A DNA stretch of 64,000 nt from an uncultured Deinococcaceae bacterium (GCA_964252075.1 CAXULY010000001.1:183787-247786), one strand, 5' to 3'. Numbered from the stretch's first letter, positions 13,888 to 28,804 are shown. Notes: generated by a model not told the origin, from the sequence alone. Numbers and translations are program-made.

Positions 13888-14875
13888 GGCCCTGTGGAGG
13901 GGCGGCGGGCGCGCCCGCCGCCCCTTCCTGTGGCGCGAGGAGGCGCTGCACGCCCTGCATCGGCGTGAGGCGCTCCGCTTCCACACTGGCGCGCACCGAG
14001 GCGAGGTCATTTGGGTCCACGCCGCGCTGGAAGCGCGCCCACACGGCCTCGCGCAGCAGGTCGTCGAACCACGTGAGGGTCTGCGCGCGTCGGCGCTCCT
14101 GAAGGCCCGCCACGCCGAGCGCCGCGCGGTGATCGAGGACCGCCTGCCACGCCGCGTCCAGCCCGTCGCCGGTGGTGGCGCTCACGCCCAGCACGCGCGG
14201 TTGCCAGGGGGCGGAGGTGGGCGTGAAGAGGTGCACGGCCGCGCGCAGGTCCGCCTGCGCGCGCCGCGCGGCGCCCGCGTCGAGGTCCGATTTGTTCACG
14301 AGGATCAGGTCGGCGAGCTCCATCACGCCGCGCTTGATGCCCTGCAGTTCATCCCCGGCGTTCGGGAGGGTCAGGAGCGCGAAGAGGTCCGTCATGGCGG
14401 CCACCGCCGTCTCGGACTGTCCGACGCCCACCGTCTCCACCAGCACCACGTCGAACCCCGCCGCTTCGCACAGGAGCATCGCCTCACGCGTGCGGCGGGC
14501 GACGCCGCCCAGCGCGCCGGAGCTGGGGCTGGGGCGCACGAAGGCGTGCGGGTGCGCGCTGAGGCCCGGCATGCGGGTCTTGTCGCCTAGGATGCTGCCG
14601 CCCGTGCGCCCGCTGGAGGGGTCCACGGCGAGAACCGCGACCGTGTGCCCGCGCTCCAGCAGGCGCAGGCCGAGCGCCTCAATGAAGGTGCTCTTCCCCA
14701 CCCCCGGGACGCCGGTGAGGCCCACACGCACCGCGCCGCCCGTGTGTGGGAGGAGGTTCGCGAGGAGCGCCTGGGCGGCCTGGGCGTGGTCCTCGCGCGT
14801 GCTTTCTACGAGCGTGATGGCGCGGGCGAGCGCGCGGCGGGAGCCAGCGAGGAGGTCAGGTGCGAGACTCAACAT
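13880..14875 (-). CDS. meaB: Methylmalonyl-CoA mutase-associated GTPase MeaB
   Basis: [49 protein letters not shown]. Confidence 0.95.
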   Translation of the reverse strand: MLSLAPDLLAGSRRALARAITLVESTREDHAQAAQALLANLLPHTGGAVRVGLTGVPGVGKSTFIEALGLRLLERGHTVAVLAVDPSSGRTGGSILGDKTRMPGLSAHPHAFVRPSPSSGALGGVARRTREAMLLCEAAGFDVVLVETVGVGQSETAVAAMTDLFALLTLPNAGDELQGIKRGVMELADLILVNKSDLDAGAARRAQADLRAAVHLFTPTSAPWQPRVLGVSATTGDGLDAAWQAVLDHRAALGVAGLQERRRAQTLTWFDDLLREAVWARFQRGVDPNDLASVRASVEAERLTPMQGVQRLLAPQEGAAGAPAAPPQGLT

Positions 14876-15015
14876 GCTACAAACTCGTATTGTATATATT
14901 CGGTGCCGGGCGCGGAGGATGTCCGGCCTGCTGACGACCCCACGCTTCTTTCAGACGGGACACACAGGGCCTGACGGGTGCCCGGCAATCAGTCACCGAC
15001 ATGAAGGGCATGCCA

Positions 15016-15411
15016 TCAGACCGGGCAGCGCCCGGCCAGCACATCACGCACGTTCACAATCAGGCCGCGCAGGTCCGTGTGGTCGTGCGCGGCGCGGAAG
15101 CCGGACTCGCTGATGATGCGCCCCTGCCCATCCAGGCGCGCCGTGAGGTCGTACACGGGTCCCACGAAACCGTTAAAGCTCGCCCTGAGGGTCAGCAGGC
15201 GACCGCGGGCATCGTAGTACTGAGCGGTGGAGCGGGTGTTGTCCGGTATGTTCACCCGGTGTCGCAGTACGCGGGGGGCTCCCTGCGGGTCGGTCCAGAC
15301 GCGGTACCCGGCCAACTGGCACGCCTCGCTGAGCGGCGCGGGCTTCAGGAGCGGCGTCTGCGCAAGGGCGGGCGTGGACAGCAGGGCCGCGAGGACCAGC
15401 AGGTGCTTCAT
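15016..15411 (-). CDS. Secreted hypothetical protein
   Basis: Signal peptide MKHLLVLAALLSTPALA; fills the gap between scpA and meaB on the same strand. Confidence 0.65.
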   Translation of the reverse strand: MKHLLVLAALLSTPALAQTPLLKPAPLSEACQLAGYRVWTDPQGAPRVLRHRVNIPDNTRSTAQYYDARGRLLTLRASFNGFVGPVYDLTARLDGQGRIISESGFRAAHDHTDLRGLIVNVRDVLAGRCPV

Positions 15412-15455
15412 GGCGCCATCTACGCGACCAGCCGCGCCGGCGTTTCCAGCTGCCG

Positions 15456-17612
<2,157 letters not shown>

Positions 17613-17750
17613 GGGCGCTCCTGCGGCGCGGGCGGGCCGGGGTGGGGCCCGCCCGCGCGCCGTGCACAGTTGCGCTCATGATGCCACAGCGCCGACCAAA
17701 CAACCGTTCGTGCGTTCAGGCTCCAGCGGGCGGGGACGGGCCGCGTTCCC

Positions 17751-18698
17751 TCAGGCGGAGCGCCAGCGCTGCGTGGCGAGCAGCAGCCAGACGGCGCCCA
17801 CCGCCACGACCAGCGCCCACGAGACGCCCGAGCGGCGCCGCAGCGGCACGGGCATGCCCGCGGCGACCGGGTGCCGCAGGTAATACCCGCGCGTGGGGCG
17901 CGCCACCTCGTCGAAGTTCGCGGCCAGGGCCGAGAGCTGCGCGCGGAGGTCGTCGCCCTCCATGGGGTGCCCGTGACCGGTGGCGGCCAGTGCGGGTTGC
18001 AGGAGCGCCAGCATGCGCACGCTGGCGCGCGCGAGGTCCCAGTTGGGCGTGTAGTACGCGGGCGGGCGGTGCACGAGCTGCGGGCGGTTCCCGAAAGCGC
18101 CGCCCAGCGACTCCTGCGTGGTCGTGACGAAGGCGTCCCCCACGATCAGCGTGCGGTCCTGCGTGCGCCACAGCGACACGTGCCCGGGGGCGTGACCGGG
18201 CGTGTGGTGCCACGTCCAGTCGGGCAGGGCGGGCAGCGTGCCGTCCACGGGCAGCGCTTGCAGGTGCGGGCGGAAGTCGAAGGGGCCCGGCACGAACACC
18301 GGGGAGATCAGGCTGGTGCCGCCGCCGCCCACGGTGGGGTCCGGGAACGGGTACGGCATCTGGCCGTTCAGCTGCGGGAGTTCCAGCGGGTGCGCGTACA
18401 CCGGCACCCGCCACTCGGCCAGCAGGGCGTGCAGGGCGCCCACGTGGTCAAGGTGCCCGTGCGTGAGCACGATGGCTTCTGGGGGGCGCTCGCCGTGCAC
18501 CCGCCGGGCCGCCTGCAGGATCAAGGGCGCGGTGCCGGGCGTCCCGGCGTCCACCATTACCCACGGACCGCCGGGGGCACCGAGCAGGTAGGCGTTCGCG
18601 AGCGGCAGGCGCACCCGGTGCAGGTCCGGGCGGAGGACCTGCAGGCCGCCCATGAGTGGGACCCTCGGGCCGTCATTGAGTGTGAGGGGCTGAGACAT
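17751..18698 (-). CDS. MBL-fold metallo-hydrolase with a C-terminal hydrophobic tail
   Basis: VDAG, LTHGHLDHVG, TPGHAPGH, GDA. Confidence 0.9.
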   Translation of the reverse strand: MSQPLTLNDGPRVPLMGGLQVLRPDLHRVRLPLANAYLLGAPGGPWVMVDAGTPGTAPLILQAARRVHGERPPEAIVLTHGHLDHVGALHALLAEWRVPVYAHPLELPQLNGQMPYPFPDPTVGGGGTSLISPVFVPGPFDFRPHLQALPVDGTLPALPDWTWHHTPGHAPGHVSLWRTQDRTLIVGDAFVTTTQESLGGAFGNRPQLVHRPPAYYTPNWDLARASVRMLALLQPALAATGHGHPMEGDDLRAQLSALAANFDEVARPTRGYYLRHPVAAGMPVPLRRRSGVSWALVVAVGAVWLLLATQRWRSA

Positions 18699-18811
18699 GC
18701 CTGACCGTAGCGGCGGCGCGTGAGTGTTAACGACTCCCGGGGTTCAGGGTCCTTGGCGCTTCATGAGGCTCACAGAGTGCTTTTTACAATGGCGGCGTCA
18801 AAGGAGGTCTC

Positions 18812-19513
18812 ATGAGGAAGCATCTGGTGACCGGTGGTTTCCTGGCGGGCTTGATGGCCCTGGGCTTCGTCGCGGCGCAGGACAGCAGCGAGGGCGTGGC
18901 TGGCGCGCAGTCGGGCGCGCCGTTCCGGCTGAGCAGCGCCTACGTGGTGGACGGCATGACGGCGCCCGCCACCATCGTGGGCAGCAGCCGCGCGTGCGGC
19001 ATGGGCCGCAACATCTCGCCGCAGCTCACCTGGACGGGCGTGCCGGACGGCACGAAGAGCCTCGCCCTGAGCGTCTTCGACCCGGACGCCCGCCAGGGGC
19101 AGGGCTTCTGGCACTGGCTGGTGTACAACATTCCCGCCAGCGCGATGGGCCTGGAGGCGGGGGCGGGCGGGAACGCCGTCATGACGGCGGCGACCAGCGC
19201 AGCCACCAGCGCGACCAGCACCTACGGCAGCAGCGCCGCGAGCGCCGCCCTCCCCACGGGCGCCCTACCGGACGGCGCGGTGAACGGCGCGAACGGCACG
19301 GGCCGGGTGGGGTACACCGGGCCGTGCCCGCCCGCCGCGGACGCCGCGCACCATTACGTGTTCACGCTGTACGCGCTGGACGTGGACAGCATCAGCCTGC
19401 CGGAGGGCGCCACAGGCGCCACCCTGCCCGCCGCGGTGGAGGGCCACACGCTGGGCACCGCGACCCTCACGGCGCTGTATGCGGCGCCCAAACCCGCAGA
19501 AGCCAGCCAGTAA
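18812..19513 (+). CDS. YbhB/YbcL (PEBP / Raf kinase inhibitor-like) secreted protein
   Basis: Signal peptide; NISPQLTW, FDPDA, FWHWLVYNIP, YTGPCPP, HHYVFTLYALD. Confidence 0.9.
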   Translation: MRKHLVTGGFLAGLMALGFVAAQDSSEGVAGAQSGAPFRLSSAYVVDGMTAPATIVGSSRACGMGRNISPQLTWTGVPDGTKSLALSVFDPDARQGQGFWHWLVYNIPASAMGLEAGAGGNAVMTAATSAATSATSTYGSSAASAALPTGALPDGAVNGANGTGRVGYTGPCPPAADAAHHYVFTLYALDVDSISLPEGATGATLPAAVEGHTLGTATLTALYAAPKPAEASQ

Positions 19514-19614
19514 GGCGAGGGGCGCGGGGGGCGGGCCGGGACGCGTCCCGGCCCGCCCCCACATGGTCGTGCGCGCTATCGTGAGCGCAATTCCATCCGC
19601 GGGAGGAACCACGT

Positions 19615-21309
19615 ATGACGGACGCGCCCACCGGGCCCAGCCCCGACGCCATGGCCTATCAGGAAGCCCTGGCTTTCCTGCAGGGTCACGCCACCGATCA
19701 GCCCGCCGCCGTGGCGGGTTTCCGGTGGCCGCAACTCACGCGCTTCAATTGGGCGCTCGACCACTTCGCGCCGCTCGCCGCGCGCCTCGGGGACGCCCCG
19801 GCGCTCCTGTGGGAGGGCGGGCAACTGGGGTACGCGCCGCTGGACGCCGCCGCGAACCGCGCCGCGAATTACCTGCGGGCGCTCGGGGTGGGGCGCGGCG
19901 ACCGCGTGCTCCTGATGCTGAGCAACGTGCCGGAGTTGTGGGTGGCCATGCTGGCCGCCATGAAGCTCGGCGCGGTGGTGATTCCCGCCACCACCCTGCT
20001 GAGCGAGGCGGACCTCGCGGACCGCGTGGAGCGCGGCGAGGTGCGCGCCGTGATCGCGGAGGCCGCGCACGCACCGAAATTCGCGGCGTACGAGGGGCAG
20101 CTCACGCTGGTCGCGGTGGGCGACGCGCCGCAGGGCTGGCACCCGTGGCGGCTCACGGACACGCACGGCGACACCTTCATGCCGGACGGCGAGACGCTCG
20201 CGACCGACCCGCTGCTGCTGTACTTCACGAGCGGCACCACCTCGAAGCCGAAACTGGTGATGCACACGCACGCCAGCTACCCGCTGGGGCACCTTTCGAC
20301 CGCGTACTGGATTGGCCTGCGCGAGGGGGACCGCCACTGGAACATCTCGTCGCCCGGCTGGGCGAAGCACGCCTGGAGCAGCTTCTTCGTGCCGCTCACG
20401 GTGGGCGCGGCGGTGTTCCTGGACAACGACCGCTTCGAGCCGCGCGCGGTGCTGGAGAAACTCGTGCGGCACGGTGTCACGACCCTGTGCGCCCCGCCCA
20501 CGGTGTGGCGCATGCTGATCTCGCAGGACCTCACGGCGTACCCGGTGGCGCTGCGGGAGGTGGTGGGCGCGGGCGAGCCGCTGAACCCGGAGGTGATCGA
20601 GCAGGTGCAGCGCGCCTGGGGCCTCACCATCCGCGACGGGTACGGGCAGACAGAGACGACCGCGCAGGTCGGGAACGCGCCCGGGCAGCCCGTGAAGCCC
20701 GGCAGCATGGGCCGTCCCCTGCCGGGGTACACCGTGGCGCTCATCGACGCGGCGGGGCAGGAGGCGGAAGAGGGCGAGGTGTCCCTCGTGCTGAGCGAAC
20801 ACCGCCCGGTGGGCCTCATGGCGGGCTACGCGGGCGACGCCGCGCGCACCGGGGAGGTGCTGGGTGGGCGGCACTACCCGACGGGCGACGTGGCGCGCCG
20901 CGACGAGGACGGGTACCTGTGGTACGTGGGCCGCGCGGACGACGTCTTCAAGTCCAGCGACTACCGCATCTCGCCCTTCGAGTTGGAGAGCCTGCTGATC
21001 GAGCACCCGCTGGTTGCGGAGGCCGCTGTCGTGCCGAGCCCCCACCCGGAGCGCCTGAGCGTCCCGAAAGCCTACGTGGTGCTCCTTGAGGGCCACGCGC
21101 CGTCGCGGGAGGTGGCGCAGGACATCCTGCGCTTCGCGCGCGAGCGCCTCGCGCCGTTCAAGCGGGTGCGGCGCCTGGAGTTCTCCGCGCTGCCCAAAAC
21201 CATCTCCGGCAAGATCCGGCGGGTGGAGCTGCGGGGGCACGCGGCGGACGGCGTGAGCCGCGGTGTGCGCGGCGAGTGGGAGTTCTGGGAGGAGGATTTC
21301 GGCGCGTGA
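19615..21309 (+). CDS. AMP-binding acyl-CoA synthetase (short/medium-chain type)
   Basis: YFTSGTTSKPK, GAGEPLN, DGYGQTET, TGD, GRADDVFK, LPKTISGKIRR. Confidence 0.93.
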   Translation: MTDAPTGPSPDAMAYQEALAFLQGHATDQPAAVAGFRWPQLTRFNWALDHFAPLAARLGDAPALLWEGGQLGYAPLDAAANRAANYLRALGVGRGDRVLLMLSNVPELWVAMLAAMKLGAVVIPATTLLSEADLADRVERGEVRAVIAEAAHAPKFAAYEGQLTLVAVGDAPQGWHPWRLTDTHGDTFMPDGETLATDPLLLYFTSGTTSKPKLVMHTHASYPLGHLSTAYWIGLREGDRHWNISSPGWAKHAWSSFFVPLTVGAAVFLDNDRFEPRAVLEKLVRHGVTTLCAPPTVWRMLISQDLTAYPVALREVVGAGEPLNPEVIEQVQRAWGLTIRDGYGQTETTAQVGNAPGQPVKPGSMGRPLPGYTVALIDAAGQEAEEGEVSLVLSEHRPVGLMAGYAGDAARTGEVLGGRHYPTGDVARRDEDGYLWYVGRADDVFKSSDYRISPFELESLLIEHPLVAEAAVVPSPHPERLSVPKAYVVLLEGHAPSREVAQDILRFARERLAPFKRVRRLEFSALPKTISGKIRRVELRGHAADGVSRGVRGEWEFWEEDFGA

Positions 21310-21350
21310 GCAAGGGGCGGCGCCCACGCGCCGCCCCCTGTGCTGACCGC

Positions 21351-22598
21351 TTACTGGTTGCGGATGGTCACGGTGTACGTGCGCGTCACCTTGCCCTTGG
21401 CGGGCACATCCACCTTCACGAGCAGGCCCTCGGGGACTTTCGTGGCGCCGTCCACGCTCACGTTGCCGCCCAGCTGCTCCGTCACCTCGGCGCGCACGCT
21501 GCGGTCCTTGGCGTTCGTGAGGGTCAGGGTGACGCGCGCCGTGAGGGTCGTCTTGTCCTGCTTCAGCACCTGCACGCTGCGGGTGTACGCGAGGTCCGTG
21601 TCGCTGCCCAGGTCGAGGCTCACGGGGTCGCCCTTCGCGGTGTCCGGGATGCTCACCTGACCCACCACGCGGCCCTCGTCTCGCACCGTGACCACGCCGG
21701 CCGGCAGGAGCGCGTCGCTGGTGAGGCGGTACGCGCGGTCCAGCTTGCCGCTGCCGCCCTGCGCGTCGAAGCCCAGCGTGAGGCTGGCGTAGCGCTCGAA
21801 ACCCACCTTCGGCTGCAGGAAGGGCAGGGTCACCGTGCTGTTCGCGGGCAGCGTGAAGGGCGCGCTGAGGGCGTACCGGTACAGGCCGCGCAATTCACCC
21901 ACCGCGTTGATTTTTGGGGCGGTCACGGGCGCCGGCATGGCCATGTCCGCCGCCTCGCTGCGCATGGCGTACGGCATGGGGCGCCCGCCCTGCACCTGCA
22001 CGTCCCCCGCGAAGAGTTCCGTGGCGTTCACGCGATAGGTCTCGTCGCTGCTGTTGCGGATGTCCGCGAGGGCGCTGAGGCTCGCCGCGCCGTTCGCCGC
22101 GACCTTCAGGTTGTACCGGGGGCTCCACGAGATCGCGCGGGACAGGTAACTGACCGTGCCGGTCCCGCCGCCCGTCACGTTGAAGTTCACGCCCTGGTCG
22201 CGGGCGCTGGCGTTCACGGGCGGCAGGGTCGGGAAGGCGAGTTGCGCGTAGTCCACCGTGCGGTACGTGCCCTGCGCGTCCTTGATGAGCAGGTCCTGCG
22301 CGCGCACGAGCGTCACGGTCTGCCGCGCGCCGTTCTCGATGAGCGTGACGGCTTTGCCCTCCAGGCTGTTCAGCCATGAGCCCTGCGGGCCCTCCACGCG
22401 CGACGCCACATTCACACCCTCCAGGTCGATGCTGCCCGGCACCACCTGCGACCAGGCGTTCGCGGGGAGGGTGAAGGTGTACCCGCCGGCGGGCACCGTG
22501 ACGGCTTCGCGGAACTCCGTGAAGTTCGGGTAAATCCTGAGGTCCGTGGCGGACGCGGCGGAGGCGAGGGCGAGCAGGCCGAGCATGAGTGGCTTCAT
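21351..22598 (-). CDS. Secreted DUF4139-like protein
   Basis: Signal peptide; LRIYPNFTEFRE, SYLSRAISWSPRY, LPAGVVTV patterns. Confidence 0.7.
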   Translation of the reverse strand: MKPLMLGLLALASAASATDLRIYPNFTEFREAVTVPAGGYTFTLPANAWSQVVPGSIDLEGVNVASRVEGPQGSWLNSLEGKAVTLIENGARQTVTLVRAQDLLIKDAQGTYRTVDYAQLAFPTLPPVNASARDQGVNFNVTGGGTGTVSYLSRAISWSPRYNLKVAANGAASLSALADIRNSSDETYRVNATELFAGDVQVQGGRPMPYAMRSEAADMAMPAPVTAPKINAVGELRGLYRYALSAPFTLPANSTVTLPFLQPKVGFERYASLTLGFDAQGGSGKLDRAYRLTSDALLPAGVVTVRDEGRVVGQVSIPDTAKGDPVSLDLGSDTDLAYTRSVQVLKQDKTTLTARVTLTLTNAKDRSVRAEVTEQLGGNVSVDGATKVPEGLLVKVDVPAKGKVTRTYTVTIRNQ

Positions 22599-22679
22599 GT
22601 CTTGCAGTGTGAGGTCCGGCGCCTGATACGCCGTGAGAAACCCCTGACTGACGCTCTCATCAAGCGTGGCGACAAGTCA

Positions 22680-22709
22680 ACAGGGGGCCGCCAGTGGCGG
22701 CCCCCTGTC
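22680..22709 (-). terminator. Hairpin after the ABC operon
   Basis: ACAGGGGGCCGCCA-g-TGGCGGCCCCCTGT perfect inverted repeat just downstream of the oppF stop. Confidence 0.65.
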
Positions 22710-22718
22710 CGGGACGCT

Positions 22719-24757
<2,039 letters not shown>

Positions 24758-24842
24758 CGAGCCTCCTGATTAAACATTGACAGAAGCATAGCAAGAAACG
24801 CGCTGGGACCGGTCTCAGCCGGTCCCAGCGTGCATAAACAAA

Positions 24843-25976
24843 TCAGCGGCGCTTGCGGGGGTCGAAAGCGTCCCGCAGGCCGTCACCCAGCAACTGGAAG
24901 CACATCACGGTCACCACGATGAAGAAGCCGGAAATCAGCACCCAGGGCCGCTCGGTGATGCTGCTGAAGCCACCCTCCTGCGCCTGGTTCAGCAGGCTGC
25001 CCCACGAGGCGTACGGCTCAACCGCGCCGATGCCCAGGAAGGACAGGCCGGACTCCAGCAGGATGTACCCGGGAATCACGAGGCTAAGCTCCACGATCAG
25101 GTACGTGGTCATGGAAGGCAGCATGTGGCGGAACATGATGCGGTTGTTGCGCGCGCCGAGCGCTGTCGCGGCGGACACGTAGTCCTGCTCGCGCACGCTG
25201 AGCATCGCGCCACGCAGCACGCGCGCCAGTCCGCCCCAGCTGATGAACGCCAGCAGGAAAATCACGATGTACAGGGCCAGGATGGGGTTCACGTTCGCGG
25301 GGAACATGGCGCGCAGCAGGATCAGCAGGAACAGGAAGGGAATCGCGGAGATCACCTCGACGAGGCGCATGATGACCACGTCCGCCCAGCCCTGGAAGTA
25401 CGCGGCGACCGTGCCGAGCACCACCGCGATGAGGGTCGAGAGCAGCGCGGCGCCCAGGCCGATGGTGAGGGAGATCTGCGAGGCGTACATGATGCGCGTG
25501 AACAGGTCACGGCCCAGCGCGTCACCGCCCCAGATGAAGGCCTTGCAGTCCTCGTTGCCCGTGCCGAACAGGTGCACGTTCGAACGGATGCCGAGCAGGC
25601 TGTAGGTGTCGCCCCGTACGAAGAAGCGGATGGGGCAACGCTCCGCGCTGGGCTTGTACACGTTCTTGAAGGTGTTCTGGTCGAGTTCCAGCGTGTACTG
25701 GTTCACGTAGGGTCCCACCCAGGCGCCCGTCTTCGGGTCGCGCACGTGAATGGGCGTGGGAACGTGGAAGCGCGTGATGTTCGTGGTGCTGTAATTGGAC
25801 AGGCCGTCCGGGGCGAGGAACCCGGCGAACACCGCCATGACGTACAGCAGAATCAGGACCACGCCGCCAAACTGCGCGAGCCGGTTGCGGCGGAACTGCT
25901 GCCACGCCACGCCAAGCTGCGACTGCGGCTTGCGGCGTTCACGGACAGGGGTGTTGGGCGTGCTGGTTGTGGTCAT
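24843..25976 (-). CDS. oppC: Peptide ABC transporter permease (OppC-like)
   Basis: GRDLFTR, REQDYVSAATALGA (EAA loop), ESGLSFLGIG, GDGLRDAFDP. Confidence 0.92.
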   Translation of the reverse strand: MTTTSTPNTPVRERRKPQSQLGVAWQQFRRNRLAQFGGVVLILLYVMAVFAGFLAPDGLSNYSTTNITRFHVPTPIHVRDPKTGAWVGPYVNQYTLELDQNTFKNVYKPSAERCPIRFFVRGDTYSLLGIRSNVHLFGTGNEDCKAFIWGGDALGRDLFTRIMYASQISLTIGLGAALLSTLIAVVLGTVAAYFQGWADVVIMRLVEVISAIPFLFLLILLRAMFPANVNPILALYIVIFLLAFISWGGLARVLRGAMLSVREQDYVSAATALGARNNRIMFRHMLPSMTTYLIVELSLVIPGYILLESGLSFLGIGAVEPYASWGSLLNQAQEGGFSSITERPWVLISGFFIVVTVMCFQLLGDGLRDAFDPRKRR

Positions 25977-25986
25977 GGCGGACACC

Positions 25987-26967
25987 TCAGGCGTAGCGAA
26001 TGCGGGGGTCGACCACCAGGAGCAGCAGGTCGCCCAGAATGTTGCCGATGATCAGCAAGACGGTGGTGACGATCGTGAACCCCGCGATCAGGTACAGGTC
26101 CTGCGAGGCGATGGAGTCCAGGATCATGGGGGTGATGCCCGGGTACGTGAACACGACCTCCATGAAGCCCGCGCCGGAAATGAAGCTGGGCAGCAGACCG
26201 CCGATGGTCGCGACGAAGGGAATCACGGCGTTGCGGAAGGTGTGCTTGTAGATCACGCTGTTCTCGGTAACGCCCTTGGCGCGCGCCGTCCGCACGTAAT
26301 CCGCGTTCATGTTCTCCAGCATCTGCCCGCGCAGGTAGCGCGTGAAGCCCGCAACGCTGCTGATCGCCAGCACCAGGGCGGGCACCGCGATGTGCTTGAA
26401 CACGTCCCAGAAACGCCCGAGCGCCGAGAGGCTCTCGTAATTGCTGCTGGTCATGCCGCCGACCGGGATGGCCGGGCCGATCAGGTACTGCAGCTGCAGC
26501 AGGCCGTAAATCACGATGAGGGCCAGGAAGAACGACGGAAACCCCAGCAGGAAGTACATCACGACGCTGGACACGCGGTCGAAGATGCTGTACTGGCGGA
26601 CGGCGCCGTAAATGCCGAGCGGAATGGCGATGATGTAAAAGATCACCGTGCTCAGCAGCACCAGCCACAGGGAGTTCACGATGCGCGGCCAGATGATGTC
26701 GCTGACCGGCTGCTGGTATTGAAAGGACAGTCCCAGGTCGCCGTGCAGCATGGCCGTGATCCACTTGAAATATTGAACAAACAAAGGCTGGTCGAGTCCG
26801 AAGGACTCCCGCAGGTTCTGTAGTTGTTGGGGACTGATGTTGGGGTTCAGTGCGTGCGAGGTGACGAAGTCGCCGGGAGCCGCCTGGATCACAAAGAAGA
26901 TCACCAGACTCGCGCCCACAATGGTGGGAAGGGACTGGAGAAGCCGGCGGACGATATAGGAGAACAA
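25987..26967 (-). CDS. oppB: Peptide ABC transporter permease (OppB-like)
   Basis: YIVRRLL, GLDQPLFVQY, GDLGLS, DYVRTARAKG, DPRIR. Confidence 0.92.
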   Translation of the reverse strand: MFSYIVRRLLQSLPTIVGASLVIFFVIQAAPGDFVTSHALNPNISPQQLQNLRESFGLDQPLFVQYFKWITAMLHGDLGLSFQYQQPVSDIIWPRIVNSLWLVLLSTVIFYIIAIPLGIYGAVRQYSIFDRVSSVVMYFLLGFPSFFLALIVIYGLLQLQYLIGPAIPVGGMTSSNYESLSALGRFWDVFKHIAVPALVLAISSVAGFTRYLRGQMLENMNADYVRTARAKGVTENSVIYKHTFRNAVIPFVATIGGLLPSFISGAGFMEVVFTYPGITPMILDSIASQDLYLIAGFTIVTTVLLIIGNILGDLLLLVVDPRIRYA

Positions 26968-26997
26968 CGAAGACCTCCAAACCTGGGTGGAAGCTCT

Positions 26998-27034
26998 AAG
27001 AGGGGTAGCCCGCTTGGTGTGGGCTACCCCTCTT
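26998..27034 (-). repeat. Intergenic stem-loop between the binding-protein and permease genes
   Basis: AAGAGGGGTAGCCC...GGGCTACCCCTCTT; typical differential-stability or attenuating hairpin after oppA. Confidence 0.7.
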
Positions 27035-27055
27035 GGGCAGATGAATCGGCTCGGC

Positions 27056-28804
27056 TTACTTGACGAAGGTCAGGGGCGTCGCGCGGGAGCCGTAGTACGC
27101 GTCCATCAGCTCGCGGGGGTACTGGCCGCCCACGCGGTTGTTGTAGGCCACGTGGTAGTTGGTGGCGATCAGGTAGATGAAGCCCTGCATCTCACTGTCC
27201 ACCGCGACGAGCTTCGCGCCGATGGCCTTGCGCTTGGTCACGTCGAGCTCCTGGTCGCCCTGGTTGTACAGCTTGGTCGCCAGGGTCTCCTGGGGGGTGA
27301 TGCACTTCGGCGTGCCGTTGAAGGAGTGCAGGTTCGTGCCGCACGGCTCCACGTTGCTGCCGAAGGGCCAGACGTTGTCGCCGCCGGAGAGGCCCAGCAG
27401 GATCGCGTCGAAGGGACGGTTGTCGCCCGTGGAGTCCAGCTGGTCCACCAGGGTGTTGAAGTCGATGGGGTTGAAGTTGACCTTCACGCCCACCTTCTTC
27501 GCCTCGTCGGCGAAGATGCGCGCGGTCTGCTCACGGATGGTGTTGCCGGAGTTGGTGGTCAGGTTGAACTCCAGGCGCTCGCCCTTGGAGTTCACCAGCC
27601 AGCCCTGGCTGTCCTTCTTCTTGTACCCCAGGTCGCTGAGCAGCTTGGCGGCCATCTGCGGGTTGTAGGGGTAGGTCTTGACGTCCTTGGGGATCCAGTC
27701 GGCGAACACCGGGTACACGCTGGTGTACACCTCGCTGCCCACGCCGCCCAGCGCCAGCTGCACCATGGCCTTGCGGTTGGCGAGCATGCTCATGGCGTAG
27801 CGGAACTTGGGGTTCCGGAAGAGCGCCTGCTTGCTGGGGTTCTTCGCCTGGTTCCAGTTGAAGACGATCCACGAGGAGGTCGCGTTCGGGCTGACGTTCG
27901 GGAGGAGCGTCGCGTCCAGCTTCTTGCCGTCAATGGCGGCCTTCACCTGCGACAGGCGGTCGGCATTGTCCGGGTTGTACAGGTCCACGTTGCCGGACAG
28001 GAACTGCGCCAGCAGGCCGTTCAGGTCCTTGGCGACCAGGAAGGACTGGGTGTCCAGGTACGGCAGGGCGCCGCCCGCGCTGTCCTTGTTCCACTCGCCC
28101 CAGTAGGGGTTCTTCTTCACGACGGTGCGCTCGCCCGCACGGTAGCTGGCGATGCTCCACGCGCCGGGGCTCACGATCTGGTTCACCGGGGTGCTGAGCG
28201 TCCACATCTTCTTGATGGCTTCCGCGCCGCCCGAGGCGTACACCTTGCCGAACACGTGGTCGGGCCACGGCGCGTAGCTCATGCGCACGTAGGCGCCCGC
28301 GCTGACCGAGGGGAAGTCAAACTGCAGCTGGTACTTGCCGAGCTTGGTGACGTTGATCGGCTTGTTGTTGATGTAGAAGTTGTCGTAGCTGTTGCTGCCG
28401 ACCTTGTCGTCCTTGTGGATCTTGGCGGTCGTGACCCAGTCGTCCGCGGTGATCTCCTGGCCGTCGCTGAACTTCATGCCCTGACGGATGGTCACCACGA
28501 AGCGCTTGTTGCCGTTCGACACCTTCGCGGGGCCGTCCGCCATGTACGGGACGAAGTTCCCGCTGGTGGGGTCCTGCGTGAAGAGGCCGGAGGTCGAGTC
28601 ACCGATCAGGAAGGGGACGTTGCCCGCCTCCGTGGTGGTGAAGGGGTTAAAGGTCTTGAAGTCCGAGAGCACGCCCTGGCGGAGTTCACCGCCGCGCTTG
28701 GCTTCGCTGGGCTTGCTGGCGGACCAGCTTGCCGGCCAGACGAAGGGAGCGGCAAACGCACCGGAGGTGGCGAGCGCGGCCATCAGGAACAGAGCTTTCT
28801 TCAT
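27056..28804 (-). CDS. oppA: Peptide ABC transporter substrate-binding protein (family 5)
   Basis: Signal peptide MKKALFLMAALATSGAFA; KTFNPF, KFSDGQEITADD, KNPYW, FRYAMSMLANR. Confidence 0.9.
   Translation of the reverse strand: MKKALFLMAALATSGAFAAPFVWPASWSASKPSEAKRGGELRQGVLSDFKTFNPFTTTEAGNVPFLIGDSTSGLFTQDPTSGNFVPYMADGPAKVSNGNKRFVVTIRQGMKFSDGQEITADDWVTTAKIHKDDKVGSNSYDNFYINNKPINVTKLGKYQLQFDFPSVSAGAYVRMSYAPWPDHVFGKVYASGGAEAIKKMWTLSTPVNQIVSPGAWSIASYRAGERTVVKKNPYWGEWNKDSAGGALPYLDTQSFLVAKDLNGLLAQFLSGNVDLYNPDNADRLSQVKAAIDGKKLDATLLPNVSPNATSSWIVFNWNQAKNPSKQALFRNPKFRYAMSMLANRKAMVQLALGGVGSEVYTSVYPVFADWIPKDVKTYPYNPQMAAKLLSDLGYKKKDSQGWLVNSKGERLEFNLTTNSGNTIREQTARIFADEAKKVGVKVNFNPIDFNTLVDQLDSTGDNRPFDAILLGLSGGDNVWPFGSNVEPCGTNLHSFNGTPKCITPQETLATKLYNQGDQELDVTKRKAIGAKLVAVDSEMQGFIYLIATNYHVAYNNRVGGQYPRELMDAYYGSRATPLTFVK

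Noticed and set aside
17613..17750. Cobalamin riboswitch upstream of scpA
   Set aside because: The region is short and has no recognisable B12-box.
19184..19250. Short ACCAGCGC-type repeats in the YbhB gene
   Set aside because: They encode a low-complexity Ala/Thr/Ser linker, not an array or mobile element.
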